This document shows positions 9,308 through 18,328 of a stretch of 64,000 nucleotides of DNA, piece after piece. Source of the DNA: Muricoprocola sp. Lineage in GTDB: Bacteria > Bacillota > Clostridia > Lachnospirales > Lachnospiraceae. Position 1 is the stretch's first letter. The number at the start of each line of letters is the position of its first letter. The position numbers and the translations under genes were made by a program. The stretch spans positions 271 to 64,270 of the forward strand of contig JBJEMC010000013.1 of assembly GCA_051879475.1 (NCBI GenBank), read 5' to 3'. Under the pieces are notes generated by a model. It saw only the letters and a program-made list of their open reading frames with translations. It made no database searches and was not told where the DNA came from.

Positions 9308-10564
9308 TTACACAATGAATACTCCTAAGGGTTCTTCCCATATATATAAAACAAATCCCCAGTCTGATTCTTCCGTTGAACAAGGTTCTGCTTCGTACAC
9401 TCCACTTTCTGTCTGTACCAGTATCCTTGTATCAATATCCAGATTATCTGGATTCTTTATTTTCCCTGTAACGATTCCCTCTTCGTCATCAAAAGATATC
9501 TCATAATCACATACATTTTTCTCTTCTATAATGATCTCCTCTGCAGGAATCACGGGCGGATTTTTCGCCGTATCAGGCAAAAATCTTTCTGCACGTTCGG
9601 CTATCACAAGATCTGCCTCATGTATCATAAGGTCTGTCAGAGGATATGGCACACTTCTTGAAAAATAACTTTGTTTACAAGCTTCTGCAAGATACGGTAC
9701 CAATTCATTTCCAAAAGAGTCGCGATAGACAATAGCATTTTTTTCGCCCTCCGAGACTGCTTCAATCTTAGGATCAAATGTTGATTCGATATCACTGATA
9801 TATTGAAATGAAAACTCCGGATTCCATCTCTCCTCCTGGGTCAGCAAGGCGGGTGTGAGCATCTTTCTCAAATCACCGGTAAACTTTTCTGTTTCCGAAA
9901 ACTCCATCTGATAATAATCAGTCTGTATTCCAACTTCTGATAATATGGCATCTGCCGCCAATGCTGCGCCTTTTCCATTCCAATGAGAATCTGTCTTGTA
10001 ATAAAGCTGTTCCTCTCCTGCATGTTCTCTCAATATTTCAAACAGGTCTACATAATGAACACCTTCCCTTTCCAGATACGGAATCAGATTCTCATAATTT
10101 CCTGTCTCCTGTTCCTGTATCTGATCATAATACGGCATATATTGTCCATAGATAGAATTCTTATTTGGTGCAACTGTATAGACGAATTCACATCCAGACT
10201 CTTCTACGTAATCCTGCATCATCTTTGTTGCATGCGCGATATTAAATAAGGCTCTGTCACTTAATTGGTCGGTATTCTGATAATCGTCTAAAGAGTTCTT
10301 ATAATATAGCCAGCCATCCCGTCCAACGATGACATCTTTTCCTGCCGAATCCTCAAATAATCCTTTTAAATGAGCCTCTATACTAATCAGCATTTCTCTT
10401 CCACCGAAATTGTGCTCGTACCAATCCCCCACTTCAGACAACAAATTCCATCCTGCTACTGATTTTTCTACCGCACTTTCATTTGTTTCCGTTTTCGTTA
10501 AAATCGGGGTTGCGATTAGCGGAAGTACGCATATTCCCATCGTCAATACTATATATGGTTTCAT
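9308..10564 (-). CDS. AlgJ/AlgX-like SGNH-type O-acetyltransferase
   Basis: VIVGRDGWLYY, VAPNKNSIY, YYKTDSHWN and RDSFG motifs; N-terminal membrane anchor. Confidence 0.8.
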   Translation of the reverse strand: MKPYIVLTMGICVLPLIATPILTKTETNESAVEKSVAGWNLLSEVGDWYEHNFGGREMLISIEAHLKGLFEDSAGKDVIVGRDGWLYYKNSLDDYQNTDQLSDRALFNIAHATKMMQDYVEESGCEFVYTVAPNKNSIYGQYMPYYDQIQEQETGNYENLIPYLEREGVHYVDLFEILREHAGEEQLYYKTDSHWNGKGAALAADAILSEVGIQTDYYQMEFSETEKFTGDLRKMLTPALLTQEERWNPEFSFQYISDIESTFDPKIEAVSEGEKNAIVYRDSFGNELVPYLAEACKQSYFSRSVPYPLTDLMIHEADLVIAERAERFLPDTAKNPPVIPAEEIIIEEKNVCDYEISFDDEEGIVTGKIKNPDNLDIDTRILVQTESGVYEAEPCSTEESDWGFVLYIWEEPLGVFIV

Positions 10565-10574
10565 AATCATTCCC

Positions 10575-11906
10575 CTAGAATCTAAAATAAATAAATGGAT
10601 TATATGATGCACCTGCCAGGGATACGATACATAAAACCAGACAAATCAGGCTTAGTACCTTTTTCATTCCTTCCGGGCATTCCCATTTTATTCCAGAAAA
10701 AAGGCAGGCTAAAATCAGTATCATGATCGTGTATGGTGACATATTTCTCAATACTACGATTTTTCCAAAGGAAGAAATATTCCAGCAAAACATATTTTTT
10801 ATAAAAAGAAATGCCTGGTGAATCGTATCTGCGCGAAAAATCACAAAACCAACAGTCACCACCAACAGAGTATAAATTCTTCCTGCCACGCCTCTTATCG
10901 CTTTCTTACAATTGCCTTCAAATATCAGAAACGCCCCATGATAAATCCCCCATAAAGCAAACGTCCAGTTTGCTCCATGCCAGATTCCCGTCAGTAAAAA
11001 AACAACCAATTTATTGACCGAAGTCCTTATCTTTCCTTTCCGATTTCCTCCTAAAGGAATATATACATACTCTTTAAACCATCCTGATAGAGAAATATGC
11101 CATTTTCTCCAAAAATCTGTCATGTTCTCTGCTGTATACGGATATCGAAAATTTTCAGGGAAATGAAATCCAAACATTTTTCCAAGTCCGATGGCCATGT
11201 CACTATAGCCACTGAAATCGAAATAAATCTGTAAAGTATAAGTAATTGCACCCGTCCAGGATATGAAAGAATCCACCTGTCCACAGGAAAACATCATATC
11301 TGCCACATAACCTACTGTATTGGCGATCAATACTTTCTTTGATAACCCCAAAATAAAACGAAACATCCCATCTTCTGCTTCATTTACTTCTCTTTCATAC
11401 AGTTCTTTTTCGATGCTGGAATATTTTACAATTGGTCCCGCAATCAATTGTGGGAAAAATGAAATATACAGCAACAGCTTCCAGAAGCTTTTCTGACAAT
11501 CATGCTTTTCCTTATATATATCTATCAAGTAAGACATTGCCTGAAACGTAAAAAATGAAATACCGATTGGCAATGCAATATGAGGTTCTGTAATCTGGAG
11601 CTTTGTGACCCTATTTAATGATTCTATGGCAAAATCTGCATATTTAAAAACAACCAATACGCCAACATTTCCGATGATTCCTAAAATAAGCCAACGCTTT
11701 TTGTTTCTCGTCATCAATAGTCCGATGATATAATTGAACATTACCGATCCAATCATAAGAAAAACATATACCGGCTCTCCATATGCATAAAAAAGTAAAC
11801 TTGTAACAACCAGTAATCCATTTCTGAAATGGATATTCTTTATATAATAATGCAGAAAAAAAATAAATGGTAAAATGCTCAGAAATGTAATAGAACTAAA
11901 AACCAT
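10575..11906 (-). CDS. MBOAT family O-acyltransferase (AlgI/PatA-like)
   Basis: LPIGISFFTFQ, FFPQLIAGPIV, DFSGYSDMAIG, FWRKWHISLS, GIWHGANWTF and YNPFIYFRF motifs. Confidence 0.93.
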   Translation of the reverse strand: MVFSSITFLSILPFIFFLHYYIKNIHFRNGLLVVTSLLFYAYGEPVYVFLMIGSVMFNYIIGLLMTRNKKRWLILGIIGNVGVLVVFKYADFAIESLNRVTKLQITEPHIALPIGISFFTFQAMSYLIDIYKEKHDCQKSFWKLLLYISFFPQLIAGPIVKYSSIEKELYEREVNEAEDGMFRFILGLSKKVLIANTVGYVADMMFSCGQVDSFISWTGAITYTLQIYFDFSGYSDMAIGLGKMFGFHFPENFRYPYTAENMTDFWRKWHISLSGWFKEYVYIPLGGNRKGKIRTSVNKLVVFLLTGIWHGANWTFALWGIYHGAFLIFEGNCKKAIRGVAGRIYTLLVVTVGFVIFRADTIHQAFLFIKNMFCWNISSFGKIVVLRNMSPYTIMILILACLFSGIKWECPEGMKKVLSLICLVLCIVSLAGASYNPFIYFRF

Positions 11907-12096
11907 AACATGCCTGAATCCCCTCTTTTTAGTCAATATCTGTCTATTATCTTAGCATTTCTGATATGTCTTTACAAGGTCATACGATCTTCCTGTTTTA
12001 AAAAAAACTGCCCACAAACATTGCCACATATTGTAAATTTTTCAAATTATATATAGAATACAAAAACTGTCTAACCAAAAATGAGAGGGAAGAGTT

Positions 12097-13104
12097 ATGA
12101 AACAGAGAGTAGCTTATTATGATTCTATTCGTTTTCTTGCGGCAATTTTAGTTTATACTGTTCATTTTATTGCCCAATTTAATGCCAATATTTTTTCTTA
12201 TTGGCATATCAAACCATTATCTTTTATTATGGGCGGTATGTCAGGAAAACTTGCAACAGCAGTATTTTGTGTCATCCTGGGATATTTTGCAGGAGAAAAA
12301 GGTGCTCAAAATAAAAGTACTACAGCAAAATATGCAGCACAAAGATATCTGTCTTTTGTATTAGCAGTGTTTGTCACACATATGATTTACCTGTTTACAG
12401 GATATTTAGGCCTGACAAGTCAGAAAGTGACCATAGCGAAGGCAATTTCCTTGAGTTTTTCTCTGGAGAATGATATATTAGGACGACTGTGGTGTATGCG
12501 TCCGTTTTTGTATGGATCTATTCTTTGCTTTATAAATGGGAAATACAAAACAAGATTTACAGAAGTGATACTTCAGGCAGTGATTTTGATACTGATTGGT
12601 GATGTATGGACGGCTCTGTGTTTGCTTGGAAATCTTATGGCACTCATCCTGAAGGATACAAGAACGCAATCTGTTTTAAAGCCAATAAATCAGGTGATTC
12701 TGCTGTTGCTGTGCCTTGCAGTAATCAACCGCCCTGAGTCAAATGTTACATTTATAATAGATGGAATTGCTTCCATGATATTCATTATTATTGTTGCAAA
12801 TAACCGTTTACTGCAGACGGTACTCAACAATAAGTTCTTATCTGGGATAGGAAAAAATTATCTTGGATTTTATATGTTACATCCACTTATCTATGAAACG
12901 ATGGGAAAGTGGATTTTGAATGAATGGCTTGTATTGCCGTATAAAATACGATTTTTAACAAGCTACTTACTGTGTCTTATCGTGATAGTTTTACTTTCCG
13001 TTCCATTCACAGTTTTCGTGAATCGGATTTATGGATATATAATCCGATTTATAGATCAAAGCAGCATAAAATGCAAACAGGTGTTTTCTGGATTAAGAAA
13101 CTGA
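12097..13104 (+). CDS. Acyltransferase family 3 membrane protein
   Basis: RVAYYDSIRFLAAILV..VH N-terminal motif, multiple TM segments, GKNYLGFYMLH. Confidence 0.8.
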   Translation: MKQRVAYYDSIRFLAAILVYTVHFIAQFNANIFSYWHIKPLSFIMGGMSGKLATAVFCVILGYFAGEKGAQNKSTTAKYAAQRYLSFVLAVFVTHMIYLFTGYLGLTSQKVTIAKAISLSFSLENDILGRLWCMRPFLYGSILCFINGKYKTRFTEVILQAVILILIGDVWTALCLLGNLMALILKDTRTQSVLKPINQVILLLLCLAVINRPESNVTFIIDGIASMIFIIIVANNRLLQTVLNNKFLSGIGKNYLGFYMLHPLIYETMGKWILNEWLVLPYKIRFLTSYLLCLIVIVLLSVPFTVFVNRIYGYIIRFIDQSSIKCKQVFSGLRN

Positions 13105-13129
13105 TTCATAATCCTCTTGGGTAAAATAT

Positions 13130-13176
13130 AAAAACCGTTGCGCAATGGTCTGTCAAAGCTATGCACAGCGGTTTTA
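13130..13176. terminator. Terminator-like hairpin between convergent genes
   Basis: AAAACCGTTGCGCA...TGCACAGCGGTTTT. Confidence 0.6.
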
Positions 13177-13231
13177 TTCAAAAGGTATCATTATTTCAGC
13201 TCCCGCGTATAAAGAGGACAAGATTGTTCTG

Positions 13232-13490
13232 CTTGTTTGACCGTAACCCTAATTATCTTAATTACAGTCATTCTTCAAGACTTGTTTGATTGACTATAAT
13301 TTGACCATTTCATAAATACAGTCAACCAATTTTTCTTTCTTGGTTGACTGCATCTTACATTATTATAATTCAAGTCATATTCCAGCACTTATTTCGTTGA
13401 CTGGATTTTAATATTTCCAAATCACAGTCATTCATCTTATCTTACTTGGTTGACTGTAATCTGAGAATTAGCCAAAATAGTCACCCAAAC
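13232..13490. repeat. Tandem array of 5 degenerate palindromic units, period 53-54 bp
   Basis: TGAC at 13238, 13291, 13345, 13398, 13451, each paired with GTCA at 13267, 13321, 13374, 13427, 13480. Approximate consensus TTGGTTGACTGTAAT-N13-ATTACAGTCA. Confidence 0.8.
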
Positions 13491-13493
13491 GCA

Positions 13494-14867
13494 CTATGTC
13501 CTTTCTTTTACCATATTGATAAGTGTACCAGATAAGAGGAACAATGCGATCAAGTTCGGAATGACCATCATTCCATTGAAGGTATCTGCAATATTCCATA
13601 ATAATCCCAGATCCATGGTTGCTCCCACAATTGCAACCAGAGAATATACTACCATAAATGGTTTATTCATCTTTGTTCCAAACAGGAACTCTGCACATCT
13701 TGTACCATATAAGCCCCATCCGATGATGGTGGAAAAAGCAAAACAGCTCATTGCCACTGCAATCAGGACGGATATCCAGCCACCATATACGCTGGTAAAG
13801 CCTGCAATGGTGAGCTCTGCTCCTGCTGCTGCACCGTATGTAATATTCTGGCTGCTGATCAGAATGACCAGAGCAGTAAGGGTACAGATAACAATGGTAT
13901 CTGTGAATACTTCAAAAATACCAAAATATCCCTGATGTACCGGATCCTTGATATCGGATGCCGCATGGGCGATCGAACCGGTACCAAGACCTGCTTCATT
14001 GGAGAAAATACCTCTGGATACCCCTTTTTTCATACTTAAAAACAGGCTTCCTACCACGCCACCGGTTACAGCAGACGGGGAAAAGGCTCCGCGGATGATA
14101 TCTGCAAATACATGAGGGACAGTCTTGATATTTAATACTACTACTCCTACTGCCAGGACAACATACATAAGTGCCATAAACGGAACTAATTTCTCAGCCA
14201 CATTACCGATTCTTTTCAGTCCTCCGATCAAAACCAGACCTACCAGAATTGCGATCACGATACCGATCACAAGATTTAACGTGTTGGTGTTTCCTGCCTC
14301 TATCACATGCATGTTGATCAGTGCAGAATCAACAGCCGTAATGATGGCGTTTACCTGGGTAGCATTTCCCGTTCCAAATACGGTCAGTACACCCAAAGCC
14401 GCATAAAGAACTGCCAGGAAATACCAGTTCTTAGAAAGACCATTTTTGATATAATACATCGGTCCTCCAACCCAGTCCCCTTCTTTGTTCTTTTCACGGA
14501 AATGAACCGCCAGGGTAACTTCTGCAAACTTGGTACACATTCCCAGTAAGGCACTGCACCACATCCAGAATACAGCACCCGGTCCACCAATGGCAATCGC
14601 GCCCGCAACACCGGCAATATTTCCGGTTCCCACCGTGGCCGCCAAGGCTGTACAGACCGCCTGAAATGGCGTTACTGCCCCATCTGCAGCTTCTTTCTTA
14701 GAGAACATTCTTCCAATGGTTGTCCTCATTGCCACTTTAAACTTACGGATCTGAATAAAATTCGTACGGATACTAAGCCATAATCCTACTCCAATGATAC
14801 AGACCATGGCCGGGACGCCCCAGACGAAATTGTTGATCACTCCATTCACTTTTTCTATATAGTACAT
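13494..14867 (-). CDS. Alanine/glycine:cation symporter (AGCS family)
   Basis: ATVGTGNIAGVA, GGPGAVFWMW, GGPMYYI and FSNEAGLG motifs. Confidence 0.95.
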   Translation of the reverse strand: MYYIEKVNGVINNFVWGVPAMVCIIGVGLWLSIRTNFIQIRKFKVAMRTTIGRMFSKKEAADGAVTPFQAVCTALAATVGTGNIAGVAGAIAIGGPGAVFWMWCSALLGMCTKFAEVTLAVHFREKNKEGDWVGGPMYYIKNGLSKNWYFLAVLYAALGVLTVFGTGNATQVNAIITAVDSALINMHVIEAGNTNTLNLVIGIVIAILVGLVLIGGLKRIGNVAEKLVPFMALMYVVLAVGVVVLNIKTVPHVFADIIRGAFSPSAVTGGVVGSLFLSMKKGVSRGIFSNEAGLGTGSIAHAASDIKDPVHQGYFGIFEVFTDTIVICTLTALVILISSQNITYGAAAGAELTIAGFTSVYGGWISVLIAVAMSCFAFSTIIGWGLYGTRCAEFLFGTKMNKPFMVVYSLVAIVGATMDLGLLWNIADTFNGMMVIPNLIALFLLSGTLINMVKERT

Positions 14868-14891
14868 CTATTCTTCTCCTAACTATGTCTG

Positions 14892-16178
14892 TTACTTGAT
14901 TGCATCTAAAGCCTGAGAAATATCAGCAATCAAGTCTTCTTTATTTTCCAGACCGCAGGAGATTCTGATCAGACCAGCTGGCACTCCGGCAGCTTCAAGC
15001 TGTTCTTCTGTCATCTGTCTGTGGGTAGAGGTTGCAGGATTCAGACAGCATGTCCTTGCATCCGCCACATGCGTCTCAATTGCTGCCAGCTTTAACTCTT
15101 TCATGAATGCTTCCGCTGCAGGCCTTCCACCCTTTAATTCAAAGGAAACTACACCACATCCGCCATTTGGAAGATATTTCTGTGCAATCTCATAATATTT
15201 ATCTGTTTTCAATCCTGAATAATTTACGCTCTTTACTTTCTCATGACCTGCAAGAAATTCTGCCACAGCCTGTCCATTTTCTACATGACGCGGCATTCTT
15301 ACATGAAGAGATTCCAGACCAAGGTTCAGGATAAATGCATTCTGCGGAGACTGGATACAGCCAAAATCTCTCATAAGCTGGGAAGTACATTTGGAAATAA
15401 ATGCTCCTTCTTTTCCAAACTTCTCTGCATAGGTAACACCATGGTAAGATTCATCCGGAGTTGTCAGTCCCGGGAATTTATCTGCATGTGCCATCCAGTC
15501 AAAATTACCGGAATCTACGATTGCTCCGCCCACAGCAGCTCCATGTCCGTCCATGTACTTTGTGGTAGAATGAGTTACAATATCTGCTCCCCATTCAAAC
15601 GGGCGGCAGTTTACCGGGGTCGGGAAAGTGTTATCCACAATCAGTGGCACCCCGTGCGCATGTGCTGCCTTCGCAAACTTTTCAATATCCAGAACCGTCA
15701 GAGCAGGGTTTGCGATTGTCTCGCCAAATACTGCTCTTGTATTTTCCTGGAATGCTGCATTTAATTCTTCTTCTGTGCAGTCAGGAGATACGAAAGTAGC
15801 CGTGATTCCCATCTTTGCCATAGTTACAGAAATCAGATTGAAGGTTCCTCCATAGATAGAGGAAGACGCAACAATATGGCTTCCACATTCACAGATATTA
15901 AATAATGCAAAGAAATTTGCTGCCTGCCCGGAGGATGTCAGCATGGCTGCTGTTCCGCCCTCCAACTGTGCAATCTTTGCTGCTACATAGTCATTCGTAG
16001 GATTCTGAAGTCTGGTATAAAAATATCCATCTTCCTCCAGATCAAATAATTTTCCCATTTCCTCACTGGTTTCATAACGAAATGTTGTGGACTGTATAAT
16101 AGGGATCTGGCGAGGTTCCCCATTTCCAGGACGATAGCCCGCCTGTACGCATTTAGTGCCTAATTTATAATCGCTCAT
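14892..16178 (-). CDS. metY: O-acetylhomoserine aminocarboxypropyltransferase (sulfhydrylase)
   Basis: YTRLQNPT, SSGQAA, VDNTF, HSTTKYMDGHG (PLP lysine) and NPATSTHRQ motifs. Confidence 0.9.
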   Translation of the reverse strand: MSDYKLGTKCVQAGYRPGNGEPRQIPIIQSTTFRYETSEEMGKLFDLEEDGYFYTRLQNPTNDYVAAKIAQLEGGTAAMLTSSGQAANFFALFNICECGSHIVASSSIYGGTFNLISVTMAKMGITATFVSPDCTEEELNAAFQENTRAVFGETIANPALTVLDIEKFAKAAHAHGVPLIVDNTFPTPVNCRPFEWGADIVTHSTTKYMDGHGAAVGGAIVDSGNFDWMAHADKFPGLTTPDESYHGVTYAEKFGKEGAFISKCTSQLMRDFGCIQSPQNAFILNLGLESLHVRMPRHVENGQAVAEFLAGHEKVKSVNYSGLKTDKYYEIAQKYLPNGGCGVVSFELKGGRPAAEAFMKELKLAAIETHVADARTCCLNPATSTHRQMTEEQLEAAGVPAGLIRISCGLENKEDLIADISQALDAIK

Positions 16179-16440
16179 GGTATTTCTCCTTTAATTTTTT
16201 CGATATCTACGGATTGTTCCGTGCTTTGCACTCTCACAATCCCCTGATATCTCATATAGTATCAAATAAAAAACAATTTATCAATCAAAAATATGAATAA
16301 TGGTAATCATATTATATTCGTGATATTTTAGCAATCCATGGTGCCAAATACAAAAACAAAAGCTCTGCCAATAAACTAAAAAATGTTTACAGCAGAACTT
16401 TTTGTGTCATGATTACAACAGATATGATTATCTCTGATTT

Positions 16441-16722
16441 TTAAGAAAATGCTTTCAAGCTGGCTAATTTCTTTTTCAAAAGCACCAATTCTTTCTCCGC
16501 TTGATCAGCACGTGCAGCTTCCAAATTGGCACGTTGAGCTTCAGAATCAGCACGCGACCGTTCACGTTCCGTGTTAGCCTGTCCCTGTGATCTTCCCTGC
16601 TCAATTCCTCGTTCAATGCCTAATTCAATTCCTTGATTACTTAACATTTCCTCCCATTCAATCGTTTTCATATAGTTCAAAGCCACCTCCCTGTCACGTT
16701 TTACAAGATCGATAATCAGGAC
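16441..16722 (-). pseudogene. C-terminal fragment of an Rpn-like protein, bounded upstream by a REP-like element; possible small ORF from 16671 or 16680
   Basis: VKRDREVALNYMKTIEWEEML..QGIELGIERGIEQG plus coiled coil; matches the VKRDREMEGRYM junction of 2010..2852. Confidence 0.65.
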
Positions 16723-16725
16723 ATT

Positions 16726-16752
16726 GTTACTGTTCACATGCGTTCCAGTAAC
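16726..16752. repeat. REP/MITE-like element (GTTACTGTTCAC..CGTTCCAGTAAC family)
   Basis: GTTACTGTTCACATGCGTTCCAGTAAC; the downstream flank is shared with the 46476 copy. Confidence 0.85.
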
Positions 16753-16925
16753 GATGAAAAAGCCATTTCCAAGCGGCTCATAATTGCCAAACATTTGCTC
16801 TGATGATATACTTGTAGCAGAAAGGAGAGACGAAAATCCTTACAAAAGAAAAAAGCAATTGCAGAATCAATACACCAGATAAAAGCCACAATTTGGAAAT
16901 CACATAAAATTGGAGGGCTTTTTGG

Positions 16926-17819
16926 ATGGAACAAAAAGAGAAAGAAAACACATCACAATCAGAAACGAAAATACAGTGGCATCCAGCTTTTTGTGCAGCA
17001 GCTGAAATTGAGCTTCGCGAAAATAAAAACGAACTTGATTTTTGTTCGGAATATAACCTGAGTAAGAAACCTCTTCAAATTGATCTTTTAATTGTAGAAA
17101 AACGAGAAGATGTCCAGATCATAAATGAGATTGGGCATATATTCAAACGATACAATATAATCGAATACAAATCACCGGATGACGGTATGACAATTGATGA
17201 TTTTTTCAAGACAGTCGCTTATGCATACCTGTATAAGAGTCTTGGCGAAAAGGTAAACCAGATTCCACTTAAGGAACTCACAGTTTCTCTTTTTCGCGAA
17301 AAACTGCCAAGAAAAATGATGCAAAACATAATAAGTTGTGGATGTGAAATTAAAAAGCATGCAGAGGGCATATACTATGTAAAAGGATTGTTGATTCCAG
17401 CACAAATTGTTGTAATGAGTGAATTAGGAAAAAAGATACATCCAACTCTGAGGTTACTGTCAAAAGATGCAAAGGAAGAAGATATTAGAGAATTTCTCGA
17501 ACGTATACGAACTTTTACAGAGCCTGGAGAAATGGCAAAGGCTGATGCAGTAATTCAGGTGAGTGTATCTGCAAACAAGGAAAAATATGAAGAAATCAGG
17601 AGGAATCTGGACATGTGTGAAGCACTTAGAACGCTAATGAAAGATGAAATAGAAGAAGAACTGCAGAAAGCCAGAACAGAAAGCCGAAAACAAGGCGAAA
17701 ACCGTTTAAGTGCACTATACAAAAAATTATTGCAAGACGACCGTCAGGAAGAAATCCCTCGTATAATGGAAGACGCCAAATACAGGGAAAAACTTTATGA
17801 AGAATATAGTATAGATTAA
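16926..17819 (+). CDS. PD-(D/E)XK-like (Rpn-related) hypothetical protein
   Basis: QWHPAF, KPLQIDLLIV and NIIEYKSPDD motifs; C-terminal MCEALRTLMKDEIEE module. Confidence 0.75.
   Translation: MEQKEKENTSQSETKIQWHPAFCAAAEIELRENKNELDFCSEYNLSKKPLQIDLLIVEKREDVQIINEIGHIFKRYNIIEYKSPDDGMTIDDFFKTVAYAYLYKSLGEKVNQIPLKELTVSLFREKLPRKMMQNIISCGCEIKKHAEGIYYVKGLLIPAQIVVMSELGKKIHPTLRLLSKDAKEEDIREFLERIRTFTEPGEMAKADAVIQVSVSANKEKYEEIRRNLDMCEALRTLMKDEIEEELQKARTESRKQGENRLSALYKKLLQDDRQEEIPRIMEDAKYREKLYEEYSID
17613..17819 (+). CDS. Putative nested in-frame small protein (68 aa)
   Basis: AGGAGG at 17598-17603, 9 nt upstream of the in-frame ATG at 17613. Confidence 0.55.
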   Translation: MCEALRTLMKDEIEEELQKARTESRKQGENRLSALYKKLLQDDRQEEIPRIMEDAKYREKLYEEYSID

Positions 17820-17838
17820 ACGGCTTAAGATAACCACA

Positions 17839-17873
17839 TTAGTGCCTGACAGTACGTACTGCCAGGCACTAAA
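17839..17873. terminator. Bidirectional terminator between convergent genes
   Basis: TTAGTGCCTGACAGTAC/GTACTGCCAGGCACTAA near-perfect palindrome. Confidence 0.7.
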
Positions 17874-17876
17874 ATA

Positions 17877-18224
17877 CTAATAACACCCCAACACGATTCG
17901 CAGAATTGTCACAATATAATAAATCTGTTGCTGTGGAACATACTGAAGTACACAGTGATGATCTTTATGCACATAGTTATATGGATCATATCGGATCTCT
18001 TCCAGGAAATTTCTTACGCTCCACTCATCGTAATATCTTCCACGAACCACGATTCCTTCCTCCGGTACCAGATCCGCCAGTATATTTTCTACGGTTTCTG
18101 TATAAGGTGTCCCGTCTTTATACATCTGGACTCTGACATAGGCATAGGCAGCACCGATGGTAATGGTACAGATCAGAATCGGCAATATAATAAAAGTAAA
18201 AATCAAACGTCTGATGAATCTCAT
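17877..18224 (-). CDS. Hypothetical membrane-anchored protein
   Basis: AAGGGGG RBS, hydrophobic N-terminus. Confidence 0.55.
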   Translation of the reverse strand: MRFIRRLIFTFIILPILICTITIGAAYAYVRVQMYKDGTPYTETVENILADLVPEEGIVVRGRYYDEWSVRNFLEEIRYDPYNYVHKDHHCVLQYVPQQQIYYIVTILRIVLGCY

Positions 18225-18328
18225 AGAATTCCCCCTTATTGAACTATAATGAAAACTCCCAAACTATGTAGAAAACACCCTGGGGCAATACTTACGCTCA
18301 GGGTGTTTCTTTTGTATTACAACTCTAA

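Noticed and set aside
13232-13490. CRISPR array
   Set aside because: The repeats are degenerate half-sites, the variable parts are only about 13-20 nt, and there is no leader or cas gene. Kept as an unexplained palindromic array.
16180-16440. SAM or T-box riboswitch upstream of metY
   Set aside because: No S-box or T-box consensus was recognisable. There is only a GATATC-bounded hairpin (16202-16251) that loosely resembles one at about 58437-58481.
16734-16934. ORF 16734..16934 and the N-terminal part of 16441..16794
   Set aside because: They read through the REP element and intergenic DNA. The same peptide (FFIVTGTH) appears at the 46476 repeat.
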